DNA from: Isurus oxyrinchus
Taxonomy: Eukaryota
Assembly (NCBI GenBank): GCA_026770705.1
Contig: JANJGN010000167.1
Coordinates: 868,001 to 932,000 of the forward strand
Direction: 5' to 3'
Length of the DNA: 64,000 nucleotides
Shown here: piece by piece, positions 21,786-34,190 of the stretch
Layout of the letters: each line of letters opens with the position of its first letter
How positions within the stretch are numbered: the first letter of the stretch is position 1
Position numbers and translations under genes: made by a program
Notes under the pieces: generated by a model
What the model saw: the letters and a program-made list of their open reading frames with translations, nothing else
What the model was told of the DNA's origin: nothing
The model's database searches: none

Positions 21786-22362
21786 AGCAGAGATAGAGAG
21801 AGAAGGAACAGAGAGAGAGAGAGAAGGAACAGAGAGAGAGAAGGAACAGAGAGAGAGAAGGAGCAGAGAGAGAGAAGGAACAGAGAGAGAGAGAGAGAGA
21901 AGGAGCAGAGAGAGAGAGAGAAGGAACAGAGAAAGAAGGAACAGAGAGAGAAGGAACAGAGAGAGAAGGATCAGAGAGAGAAGGATCAGAGAGAGAAAGA
22001 ACAGAGAGAGAGAAGGATCAGAGAGAGAGAAGGAACAGAGAGAGAAAGAACAGAGAGAGAGAAGGAGCAGTGAGAGAGAAGGAACAGAGAGAGATGGAAG
22101 GAACAGAGAGAGAGAGAGAGAAGGAGCAGAGAGAGAGAAGGAACAGAGAGAGAGAAGGAACAGAGAGATGGAAGGAACAGAGAGAGAGAGAGAGAAGGAG
22201 CAGAGAGAGAGAAGGAACAGAGAGAGATAGAGAGAAGGAACAGAGAGAGAGAAGGAACAGAGAGAGAGAAGGAACAGAGAGAGAGAAGGAACAGAGAGAG
22301 ATAGAGAGAAGGAACAGAGAGAGAGAGAGAAGGAACAGAGAGAGTGAAGGAACAGAGAGAGC
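21565..22362 (+). repeat. Purine-rich compound repeat (GA)n + AAGGAACAG/AAGGAGCAG
   Basis: Directly visible. The R/E-rich ORFs are artefacts. Confidence 0.95.
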
Positions 22363-23296
22363 GAAAAAAAACATGATGATATTTGGGAAGGGTGGGGGGA
22401 TTCAGTCCAGCACGGAGACGGGGGAGCGGGAGCTAGTACGTCATGGTGATAGAGGATTGGAGGAAGGAAGCAAGACCAGCGTGGAGCAGTTTTTGGTGCG
22501 TGTGGGGGCGGCGGTGAGAGAGGCGAAGGACTGGCTTAAAACATCTACCCTGATTTTAGGCTGAAAAATGATCCGCAAGAATTTATACCAACTGTGGCAG
22601 TCCCATCATCTGCTGTTCGTGTTTCGTTCAAGCATTATTTGTTTGCAGTCTTTCTCAGTCTTATACCCGGATGTAGAGAGATATTTACTTCATCTTAATT
22701 CAAAGTGTGTTTCCATCCGCTTGATGTTTAATAATTACACACAGTTGAAAATGATCTATAAACATCTGCATTCCAATAGAGATCACACAAAATGGTATAG
22801 TTACTCCAAACCTTGTCATAAAGTGTTCTCGGATATTTTATCTTCCCGCCACTAATTTTCAATGTTTTCTGAACATTGCTGCCATTCTGGCCATTGACCA
22901 TCTCACTCCCTCAGCAGGTTCTTTGTCCATTATTATTACAATCCCTTTCGGCCATATCATGACCTCTTATATGGACATCAGGGACCTTATTGCTGCTGAG
23001 CACTCGGCGCCCCCGGCAGAGCCAGCGACCTGAAAGCTGTGTCTGGATTTCTGCACCGTGGAGATGCAGCCTTGCTAAAATAGCTCAGGGCTTTGCTGAA
23101 ACCATGTCTTTAATATTCTTTGCAGTTTCAGCCTCCATATTTAAGGAAGGATACAATTGCATTGGAGGCGGCACAGCGAGTGTATCGGATTGTTTCATAA
23201 TTTGAACGTTGAACTCAGCCTTTTTGTTAACTGTAGCACTTGGTCCAAGATTCCAAGCGAGCGGAAAAAGTTTCTTCAGGTGACCGTATCCATACA

Positions 23297-24620
23297 AGGG
23301 GATCTGGGTATCGTAGTACATGAATGATTGAAAATGTTTGTATGCAGGCCCAGCAAGTAATTACGAAAACAAATGAAATGTTGAATTTTATTGATGGAGA
23401 ATGGAATATAAAAGGAATGAAATTTTACTGCAGCTGTGCAGGAGCTTGGTGAGGGTTCACCTGGAACACTGTGTGCAGTTTTGGCTTTTCTATTTGAAAA
23501 AAAAATATGAATTCATTATGAAACGATAATACTTATCATAATATTATTGTAGGCTAATATGTGTGTGTTGTTGATTCTGCCTAATGTCTGAATTAATTGA
23601 ATTAGATTCAGATTGCCTGTGAGGTTGAAATTATCAAAATAAGTGAGGTACAAAAATACATTTGAAATGCTAATGAGTAAACATGGATGACGGCAGCATG
23701 AAGGGTTTGAAGGAAATTAGCATTTTAAAATAAGTGGAAAGGTGCTTCGGTTTCAGAGGAGTAGTAGGGTGTTTACAACTAAAACGATAAATAGGGCAAG
23801 GTTATTATGTTTATTATTCCAAAAATGAAAGAGGCCATATTGTCATTATGAAAGATTTTTATTCACTGGGAAAGGCCTGTAAAACAATGTAATTTAGGAT
23901 TAAAGAGGGAGAAACATATATAAAGATGGAGAAATTACTGATTTGGCCAGGTCAGTTGAACGGTACGCCGTGTGAAGCAATCTTTGGGGAAAATCTTCCA
24001 GCCACGTCAGCAGAAGTCTGCTGTGCCCAGTAAAAAGAATAGTTGGGTACAAAACTTTGGGAGTCCACTGTTGAGTGGTTTGTGTGGTATCTTTGCTCAG
24101 TTGATATTGTAGTTTCAAATCTATTTTAGGCTGTTGCTTTATAGGGAGTTGGCAACCTGTTTAATTAAGAATTTTGGGAACTGCTAAGAATGGCTGGATA
24201 GGCTGGCTTTGTTTCCAATGGAGTTGAGAAGAGTGAGGAGTGTCTTGTTGATGTATATAAGACGTGGAATGGCCATGAGGACGTGGAAATAATGTTTCCT
24301 CTTTTGGGTGAGTCCAGGACTAGGGGGCACTGTTTCAAATTTAGGTGTGTTCTTTGTAGGAGAGAGGTGAGGAGTTTATTTTAACTTTGAGACGGTTAGG
24401 CGACGTTGGAATTCTCAGAAAACATTGGAGACGGTGTCATTTAATATTTTAATGATGCAGGTAGACAGATACGTCCAAGACAATGGATTCAAATGTTTTG
24501 GCGGCAGATGGGAATGTGGAACTAGAGAAAAAAAGAAAATCAACCATGATCTTGGTGAACCGAGGAGCAGCCTCGAGGGGCCAAATGATCTACTTCTGCT
24601 CCTATTTTGTGTGTTCGCAG
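23297..24620 (+). mobile_element. CR1-type LINE 3' fragment, interrupted by ~650 bp of unrelated (possibly LTR-like) sequence at ~23520-24185
   Basis: AGGGATCTGGG...TTGGTGAGG...CACCTGGAACACTGTGTGCAGTTTTGG at 23297-23490 continues as GGATAGGCTGG...TTGAGAAGAGTGAGG...GGCCAAATG..CTACTTCTGCTCCT at 24190-24620. Confidence 0.7.
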
Positions 24621-25504
24621 CAACTGCAAATATGAGAAATGGGAAGGGAAAATAGAGAATCCATGTTATACGCTGCAAACTCTCCAGCTTCCTTGGAGAG
24701 AAACAATTTTAATCTTTCAGGTTGGAAAGCCAAAGGTGCTGTCTGACCTGCAGAATGATGGCAGCATTTTCAAAAAGGTCGAACTGCAGGTGTTGATATT
24801 AGAGCTGGATCCCTAGATTCATTCCTGAATTCAGAGGAGAGCTTGAGTAAAATGAGGCCATTCTCTGCGGAGTTTAGTATAACGTGTGCTGAGTAGATTT
24901 TTTTCATTCTAATGTTTGTGAACATTTGGAGCTCCCAACCGCAGAGGACTGGGAGAGCTCAATATATTCAAAGCAGAATTCCACAGATTATTAAATACTG
25001 AGGAGGTCACGGGATATGAGACTGGTCCTGCGCCTATTTGTCAGTCTGTTTGGAAGAATGCTTTTCCCAAAGAGAGATCAAGAGACGGAAACAGAGAGGC
25101 AGACAGATATTCAAAAATTGTAAGGCAGAGAATGAAGGACCGGGATACGTTTCGCAATTCTATCGCTTCATTAGTTGAAAGTGGCAAAGTGAAAGGCTTC
25201 AAGAGGAACAATGATCCGCTCATAACGGAGTTCAGAAAGTAAGATGTGCAGAATAATAACACGTTAAAAATGTAGAAACATACGATAAAGTAAGCAATGA
25301 AGTTATGCACTTTGGGAGGACTGATATTGAAAGTCTCTACCGTGCAAATGCGAGATTTTTGTAAATGGGCAGGGAGAAATTTGTCTTCATATACACAAAG
25401 ATTGAAATGTGGTTCGAAATGCAGATTGATTATTTGAGTTTATAAATTAAGAAATAATATATTCAAGCACCGGTATCATGCTACAACGTCAGCACCTGCC
25501 GTTC

Positions 25505-26325
25505 GACATTATGAACTGTGAGGAGAATAGTGATAGAGTTCAAAAGGATATAGACTGGCTGGTGGAATGGGAAGACAAAAGGTCGGTGAAATTGAATGAA
25601 CACAAGGGTGAAGTGATACATTTTGACCGCATGAAGGAGGAGAGATGACATAAAATGAAGATTATAATTCTAAATGGCTGCAGGAGCAGAAGGACCTTGG
25701 TGTAAATTTGTATATATCATTGCAGGTGGCAAGGCAGTTTGAGGAAGCAGTCCTGGGTTCTCAAACCTGGCTTTTATAAATCCGGGCACAGAGAGCAAAA
25801 GGGACAAAGTTGTGAAACTTCATAAAATGCTGGTTCAACTTAAACAAAGGGTTGAGAAAGGGTTCTTAACGATTTACTGGAAAGGTTTCAAGGATGAGAG
25901 ATTTCAGTTATGTGGATAGATGGGCGAAGCTGGGGCTGTTCCTCTTGGCGAATAGAAGGTTGAGAGGAGATTTCTTAGACATGCTGAAAATCATGTGGGG
26001 TCTGGATACTGAAAATGGTGAGAAACTGTTCTCTTTGGCAGGAGATCGAGAAACCTGAAGTGATTTACAAAATAACCAGAAGCGACATCAGGAAAACTTT
26101 GTTTTATGCAACAAGTGCTTTGGATCAGTAAGCCAGTGCCTGAATGCGTGATGGAGACAGATTCACTTGCAGTTTTCGAAAGGGAACTGGAACCTAGAAA
26201 AACAATATCTTCAGGACTACATGTAAAAGGCGGAGGTGTGGGACAGGATGAGTTGCTGTTGCAGAGAAATCACAGAGAGGCAATGCTGACTGGTTCCTTC
26301 TGAGCTGTGACCATTCTATGATTCT
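25505..26325 (+). mobile_element. CR1-type LINE 3' fragment
   Basis: Degraded ORF2 end (GGATATAGACTGGCTGGTGGAATGGG...GTGAAGTGATACATTTTG) and ATTCTATGATTCTA tail. Confidence 0.75.
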
Positions 26326-26729
26326 ACGGATAACCTTGCTTTAATACACTGCCACCGAAATTACACAGTACTTGGCGAAAAAAAAACTTATTGCACCACA
26401 AATAATAATCATTACAATAGAAGACAGCCGCACCGGGAGGGAATAGCATACATTCTCTGTACAAAGTGCATCTACAATATTTGTTTCAGATTATTTATAA
26501 CCAACCAATAGGCTATAATATGCTTTATAGTTCCACACAATTTGAGACATGACTGGATGTTCCCAGCACTAATACATTTCCCAAGTACCCCTGTCCCACG
26601 CTCGCACCAATAACCGTTCCCTTCGCCGAGCCCCCAACAACACTGAAACCTGATCGCGACGAGTGACTAATTCGTCAGATTGATTTGCGGACAATCAGGT
26701 TTGCCGCACAACCCACAAAATAAATATGT

Positions 26730-26850
26730 CAGTTCTGACCACGTCATCGGACTGAAAATTTTAATCCCGCTGTCTCTGTTCACAGAAGCTGTCCGGCCCG
26801 CCGAGTATTTCCAGCATTGTCTGTTTCGGTATTAAATACAGCTGCGAATA
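26730..26850 (+). mobile_element. Penelope-like terminal remnant (related remnants at ~28400-28525 +, ~37170-37250 -, ~61490-61545 +, ~63345-63420 -)
   Basis: Similar to the 2935-3023 insert: ...CAGAAGCTG..C.GCCGAGTATTTCCAGCATT.TCTGTTT. Confidence 0.55.
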
Positions 26851-29091
26851 TTCTTTTTCTGTATGTTTCTGTGGGATGAAAGATTCCCCTGTCCCCTCCG
26901 CCACACCGCACCCCCCCCCCCCCCACAACCCCGCCCCCCAAGTCCATCTCCCACTCCCCTATCCCCCTCTCATATTTTTGATCGGTTTACAGAACAAACA
27001 CTGTGAGGAATTAAATACCAGTTTCCCTTCGTTTCTGTGGCCTGTTTTGGGAACAATGATACTTCTGCAAGATGGGGTCTCTGTTTACAAGTTCGATGCG
27101 TCACCGCAGGGATAACAATGAAAATTATATTTATGCAGGAACTGATACAGGCGTCGCCTCCGATGCTGTAAATGCAGTAACAAGTGCTGCAAAGGCAAAT
27201 TAAATTCGGATGACTCTCGCCACTCATGATTTCTCGAAGGTGGAATGAAGAAACAGCAATTAAATTGAAAAATTAGTACCGCTTTCTTCTTAAACACAAA
27301 GAGTATTTTCACCTAGTTGCCAGATAAAAAGGGCAGAGTCCTTACATTAACCGCCGTCACATGCCACAAATGGCTGCTTCACAACAAACTAAACAACGTT
27401 TTAAGTGATTGGTGCATTTTTGAGAAGCATGTGGGTGTTGTGCTCCCATATGCTCTATCTATTGACTGCAGTTGGCAAATTGCCTTTCATTTGCTTTAGT
27501 GTAACAGCTGCATTTTACTCCCCTCTTGAAAGAGACTATTGTCACTTGTAAGCTAATTGGAAGGAGTAATATTCTCCATAGGTTGACGTACAGTTTCATT
27601 TTGTGACTCCGCTTTGTGTGTACGATAAAAACTATTACCAGCTGTGCATATTGAAGGATAAAATGTTTCCTCCTGCATTAAATCTGAGCGATTAATAGAT
27701 TTCGCTGATCGATCAGCATTTTTTTCAGCGCCATGTAATGCCACCATTTCATTCCCCAAGCCCAGTTTCAACCATAATGTATCTGAGAATTTTCCTTATT
27801 CCTCATTTAGCTATGCCAAAGACATCGGCAGAAGTGTGTTATGATACTTAGCCAAAGCGTTAAAATGCTCCAAATGTGAAATAGAGGATTGCAAGCAGCA
27901 TCACTTCCATTAAATATGTGCTTTCCCATTTAACCCAGTTTGCTTATTAAAATATAACTGCATTACTCCGGCCATGCGGAACGTCAGATGGCCGGATTTC
28001 CGAAGGAACTAAAACTAAAGATGAACAAAAAACCTGGAGGCACTGAATCACCTCCAACAATATTTGAGTCATGTCATCACGAATAGCTTAGTGTTCAGGC
28101 CCAAACAGTAACGTTAGGATAGGGTTACAGCTCGAAATATTGGAATGATTCTCTGCACAGACAGAATGATTAATGCTCGTGTGAGGGCTTCCTCAGCGAA
28201 GTTAAAATCACCACACGGAAAGATACGGTGACGTCACCAACAGTCATGTTATTGAAAGGATATCACGAGTATTGATTTGATCAGGAGCCAGAACCAATGT
28301 GATCATATGCCAGTATCACCATCATCAGCACTACAATAGAGTTACTGTGAAAATTCTGGAAAAGAATCAAAAGCAATAATCCAAAAAGAGGATATGACGA
28401 TGCTGGAAATCTGAAATTATAAAAGTCAACGCTGAACATTACCTGAAACATTAACTCTGATTCACTCTCCGCTGATTCTACAAGATCTGCTGAGCATTCC
28501 CAGCATTTTATGTCTGTATTTCCCGACTAATAATGTTGGAGCAGTGCATCCCTATGGTTGAATGGCGTTTGCATTAATAATAATCGATTAAAATCAGCAT
28601 GGATTAATTTCGAATATGTTTCCCTCTATTCATGTTAGAATAGATAATGACTGGCACAGTTGACTGACTGCAACAACATTATTTTACGGATATCGCCAGC
28701 ATTCATAATGTCACAGCAATATCATCGCTAGTAAGAATAACGCTGCTTCATCAGGAGGTTTCACCACAGAAGATAGGAAGTTTAAAAGAAGCTCATTTAT
28801 ATTCTGCAATGCATGAGGCAATATTGCAAAAGAATAGCATGAAGCCCAAGGAAAACAACACTGTACAGGAGGGGTGTTCTTTACAACATTCCATGGGGCA
28901 CACGCAGCACACATTCACCCTGGGACTACTTTCCCCTCATTAATTTTAATTGACGAAGTTTCTGGAACTGAGCTGGTCAATTTCCCCATTGGGGACCGGG
29001 GTCTCTGAAGAGGTAAATTATCCAGTTGTTTGTTAAGAAGCTATAACTAACACGAATTATTGTGTAAGTTGATTCACTCACCAGGACACGA

Positions 29092-29105
29092 ATTGGCCTA
29101 TAAAT
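29092..29105 (+). promoter_or_regulatory. TATA box (TATAAAT 29099-29105) with adjacent ATTGG, GPCR gene 1
   Basis: TATAAATGG starts 75 nt upstream of the ATG. The paralogue has the same motif and spacing. Confidence 0.7.
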
Positions 29106-29173
29106 GGAGAAACAGTTAGGGATCTTCAATGCAGTTCAGAAAGCGGAGTGATCCATCGCATTCTTCTACAGAA

Positions 29174-29243
29174 ATGATCAGCTCAATTATTCTACAAGTA
29201 ACGGAAATTTACTACCCAATTCTAGCAGCCTTTGGTATTCCCG
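29174..29243 (+). CDS. GPR139/GPR142-like class A GPCR gene 1, coding exon 1 (MISSIILQVTEIYYPILAAFGIP)
   Basis: ATG, 23 codons + 1 nt, then G|GTAAGT donor. The IYYP..A..G.P TM1 start is typical of the family. Phase 1 matches exon 2. Missed by the ORF track. Confidence 0.9.
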
Positions 29244-31460
29244 GTAAGTCATTGTTACCTGGTAGCTGTTGAGTATTTCACTGCTAGTGATTATGTGGCT
29301 GATTGCGGGAATGTCTCACTGCTGAGTCATATTTCTAGCGGCATGAATTGCTGAATATAAACGGGAATTACAGCTGTTCACAGGGCCCGTGATCGGCAGT
29401 TCTGCTCCGCAGATTGTGGGCACCTGGGGCTTCATATTCTTCCTCTTACTGAAGGAGAGGGAGTTTGAATTCCCGCCTGTTAACAGTTCATAGATAATTA
29501 TATAATGTATTGTTTAGTGTCAATGGTAATACTCTCATCTTTCATCTTGCCCATTGTCTACATTACAGGATAATTCCTAGCACTGCAGCTTCCTCCACCC
29601 AGCAGGGGAAGGGAAGATATTTTGAAGAACAGGAAGTTGCTCGTCATTCCTCCCTCTTTGTGGAACCATCGGTTCCTGTTTAGTTCCTGAGCGGCTCTTT
29701 CAGAGCGAGTATACATTGGCAAAACGCAATGTTTTGAATTAAATTGGATAGCTATTTTCTTCAACTGAAAGATTTATTTGAATTTATTGCTTCCTACAAT
29801 GGATTGGAAATTTTCCTGAGCACCGCTGGCATCTGATGCGCTTCCCGAGATTCCCATCTCCAAATTATCAGGAGGAGCCGGCTGTAAAATTATATTTAAT
29901 GTAACGTGGATCCCCAGGGGCAATTTATCAAATTCACACGGTGTATCACACGGTATCGGTCTGTTGACAGGAAATTTGTATGTCAGGAAACATTTATTAT
30001 TTGACAATTTACGTTCAACAAGATATAGAAATATCCCATTTTCCCTTTACGAAACTTTTTTCTGTAACTGGACCGCCTCTGTGAGGTACTCACGGGTGGC
30101 TTGCACTGTACAGTTTAAATGTAAATTGAGCCTCAATCCAATGCCAGGGGCGATGGACTTTGAAAGCGAATCGGGGGATATGTATGACGGACGGTTGATC
30201 TGACTGCCAGTTTTACATTATTATGAGAAGCCAACATTAGCCCCAGTTGAGGCATCAATGAATCAGACTAGGTAGCAGTTGGAGCAGCTTGGGGCGACTC
30301 TCCTGTACCAATTCCATAGATTGAATACGAGTGAACCTTCACTCAGCTCCGTGAAAACAGCAGACTGAAATTTACCGGGAGGAAGGCAGAATCTCACTAG
30401 CTATACATGGTGTTACTGATCACTTGAGGATCAATTACCTGAAAAATCGAACTTCCTAAAGGACACCAATGGAAGGAAATAATGGAGTAGATTTCACTTT
30501 TTACATCTTTTACTTTAAAATGCAAATTAATGGCAAAAATGTATAATTAACTGCTAATTGCATTCAGTAGAAAGTACTAGTTATAGTTTAATTATTTGAT
30601 ACAACAATGGTTAAGTCTCACGGATTTCTCAGCTAACACTCAGCACATATTTGGCTCTGTATTCAGTGTGAAAGTCTCTCAAAACTCCATCTTGCTACAG
30701 CAGTGCTCAACTACTCTTCTTCACGCAGGGTCTATTTCCCAAGTGGCCTCCAACAGCCAATTAACTCCATCCCAGGTCCATGGATATGACTATCATCAAC
30801 AAGGCTTACTTCTGTGGAGCCTCTTTCACCCGCGTCACCACAGTCCTGATGGCAGAGTTTTACCAGAGGCACTGTCACTCACCATTCAATAGCACTCTAG
30901 CACACAGTATGATCAGGTCTGGTTAAAATAACAGAAGAACATCTCCCAGCTCTTCAGCGTACCTGGCTGGCTCAGTGATTTTCTCAGGTTTTAGTCATTC
31001 AAGATTCCTCTCAGACACAGCTTCAGCCAGAGCCCCTGGGCCTGAGAAGCTTCTGCTGGAAAAAAAAAAAATTTTTGGACACCTGCTTCGTCTGGTCACA
31101 GACTGAAATCTTAGTTCCAACCTGTTTATGCTTCCCGATCGGTTTCCATTCTCTTAACAATTATATGCACAGGTTAATTTCTCGGAAGTCTGGTGACCAA
31201 TTTGGAAATCCCTCCCCCAGAAATCTGGTTCCAGTCTCTGCTTTAGCTAGGGGTAATATCAAAAATACTGCCGTGAAAATAATCACAGTACAGTGCATAT
31301 TCGTTTATTTATTTTAAAAATGTCATCAACATTGTCCAATATTGTAAATCGGATACCTGTATATAACGCGAGGCAGAAATGCACAGTGACATTTCCCATA
31401 ATATTCTGTGGAAAGTATCTGAGTGTCCCCGTTACCAACTTTCTCCTTATTTTCCCACAG

Positions 31461-32365
31461 CGAACCTGATGACAATCGTGATTCTCTGCAGAGGAAATTG
31501 CGGCCTTTCAAAATGTATTGCTTCCTATATGGTGTCCATGGCAACAGCAGATTTGCTGGTTATGCTGAACAATGTTCTCGTGTTTAAAATCCTGAGTAAG
31601 CGTTTTCCACGTATAATCCTGGCCTATACAGCCATTTGCAAGTTCATAATGTACACAAATAATTTGAATCTGTACTTAACGGTGTGGTTTACAGTCTGCT
31701 TCACATTTGACCGATTTGTATCTATCTGTAGTCACAAGTTTAGAACAAGGTATTGCACAGTGAGAACTGCGGCTACAGTTCTAACAGCAATCTCTGTCCT
31801 CTCGTGTTTACAGTGCATCCCCTTTTGGTTTGCATTTGAACCTAAGCGAATAATTAATAATGCTCACTGGGGTTTCCAGCCCAGCCTGGATTTTTATACA
31901 TCTCCCTTTGGTGTAACATTTACTTGGCTACAAAGTATTTTATTAAGTTGGATTCCTTTCACTTTGATATTACTGTTTAATTGTTTGACAGTCAGACGGA
32001 TTTTAGTAGCCAGTCGAGCCCGTAAGGAGCTCCGGGGTCACAGCAGCGAGAATCACAGTGATCCGGAAATACAGAACCGAAGGAAATCGATTATATTACT
32101 GTTCACTGTATCGGGTACTTTTATACTGCTGTGGCTGACAACAGTCGTTTGTACGTTAGTCAATGGTATGGTCATTCATGTACGACCGGATTATGCAGCT
32201 CCGGCATTTATCGCTACTCAAACCGGATACATGCTCATGTATTTGAGTTCCAGCACAAACGCGTTTATTTATGCAGCAACACAAACTAAATTCCGGGAAG
32301 AGCTGAAGAAGATAATGAAATCTCCTTGGACAATAATTCTGATACTGATAAAAAATGCAAAATGA
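31461..32365 (+). CDS. GPR139/GPR142-like class A GPCR gene 1, coding exon 2 (spliced product 324 aa)
   Basis: TTTCCCACAG acceptor gives G+CG=Ala, then NLMTIVIL. Motifs: TM2 ADLL, TM3 TFDRF, TM5 IPF..ILLFN, DPE..NRRKSIILL, TM7 TNAFIY, helix 8 KFREEL. No stops until TGA 32363-32365. AATAAA at 32667-32672. Confidence 0.93.
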
Positions 32366-32719
32366 AACCAAGTCTTCCTCTTCTAACTGTATTTGAATTG
32401 TAGCTCATTCTCCAGTTTTTAATGTTGGCCTTTCTGCTGCCAGTTTCTTTTTAAGGTATCAGAAAACATTGTTCCACTTTGTGTCATGTGTTTTATGCCT
32501 GCTGATTTTCCACTGGGGTTATAAATGTTTCTTGCAATAGCGGTGCATTTGTCACTCAGGGTACAGAGTGAACCGTCATTAACATGTTCCAGCAGTGGAG
32601 TAAATCCTTTCTGTGCTGGCCTTCACTCCCTTGAGCAGCAACAACTGCAATGAAAAGAGCCAGTTTAATAAACAGCTAAGATCCAAAAAATTCCAATGTC
32701 CACAGCAGTTAATATAAGC

Positions 32720-32880
32720 TGTTGTTGCGAATCGCGAACACTGAGGACGTCCTGACACGTGCGCACGCGCTGAAATTCCCTGGGAAGTTTAAATTCCTGA
32801 TTGGTTGATTTGCGCTTCCCTGGGCGCTCTGTCAATGTCTCTTACACTGAGCTCAGTGTCAGAGCTTCGGGTCGGATACA
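32720..32880 (+). promoter_or_regulatory. Small CpG-rich promoter-like patch
   Basis: CACGTG E-box, TGCGCACGCGC (NRF1-like), GAAATTCCC and CTGATTGGTT (inverted CCAAT) clustered in an AT-rich context. Confidence 0.35.
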
Positions 32881-32999
32881 CTGGACTTGTTTGCATACTT
32901 CTCCTGCGAATGTTACGCTGGTTAAAACGCGATCTAACTCAGAGAATAACAAACATAACTGAACTGAACCCTACATCCAACACTCCAGCTCAACACCCC

Positions 33000-34190
33000 C
33001 ACTCCCTACCCCCAAAAATCCTGAATAGTTCCCAACTCTCACAGCCTAAGCGATCCGACCGCCCACCGGACGCAATGGCTCAACAATTCAATTGCCCAGC
33101 TCGCCTGACTGATGACTCTCCGCTCCGACTTCCAGTTCCAAATCGCCTATTTGCCTCCGAACTAGACTCCCAACCACCCACTTCTCACCACCTGACTGCT
33201 CTTTCTCGAACTGACTGCCTGACAACACGGCTGCATTCCCCGACTCAACTAATCATCTAACCTGACTACCCAACTGACACAACGGCCAACTGATCCACTT
33301 TGAATATTCTCGATCAGACTGCCTACCCCAGCCGAATCCTCGCTCTACCTGATTAACCACTTACGCGACCCAACTGCCTACCCAGCCTCAATACCCAACG
33401 GCAGATCCGAACGGCCATCCAGCCCGATTACCCACTTACACGAGCCAACTGCTCACCCAACCTGAGCACCTGCCTACGCGATCTGACAGCCCACCCAATG
33501 TCATTACCCACCTCCATGACCTGACTGCTCACCTGACGCGACTGATTATCCTACCCAACTAACTACCCACCTCTGACCCGACTACCCACGCCCAGCCTAA
33601 CTACCCATGTCCAGCCTGACGACCCCCTGAACCAACAGAACGACCAACCTGAGTCCCCCCACGATCCGACCACCTGCCACCAACCCTACAGCCCAAACAA
33701 ACCGACATCTGAGTTGCTGCTCCCCAAGTGTTGATTTAACAATTCAGCTGGGAGGACAGGATAATCTGAACCAAGTTTGTCATTACCTTTCTGCACTTCT
33801 CTGTGATTTGGGTCAAAAGGCCTGCGATCTATGAAGGGTTTCTTCCTCTTTCAGAGGCGCAAGCACAGTTTAATTTAGTGGCTTTATAAGAACTGGTGGA
33901 ATGTGTTCAAGATGGTGAGACTGAAGCTAGAGTTCAGTTTCAGAACCTTCTGAATCAGGACACAACTACAGCTGAAGCTATTGAGTTACCCACTTCGCAT
34001 CTGGACTAGACTGCCTACCCAGCCCTACCACACCATCAGCAGGATTGCCCAGCCATCCTTACTGTACCCCCGACCCGACTGCCCAACCTATCTGACTGCC
34101 CAGCCCATCCATGTATATGATCGACCCCACTACATAATCACGCACCCAGCCAGTCACCCATTGATCCACTCACCCATACACTCAATAACT
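33000..34190 (+). repeat. Highly degenerate C-rich tandem repeat (CCCGACTRCCYAC-like), interrupted at ~33700-33985
   Basis: Recurrent CCTGACTACCC / CCGACTGCCTACCCA motifs. Confidence 0.6.

Noticed and set aside
21706-22564. Arg/Glu-rich ORFs
   Set aside because: Artefact of the (GA)n compound repeat.
31379-31460. ORF-track N-terminus MHSDISHN... of the GPCR
   Set aside because: Intronic read-through upstream of the acceptor at 31460. The real N-terminus is exon 1 at 29174.
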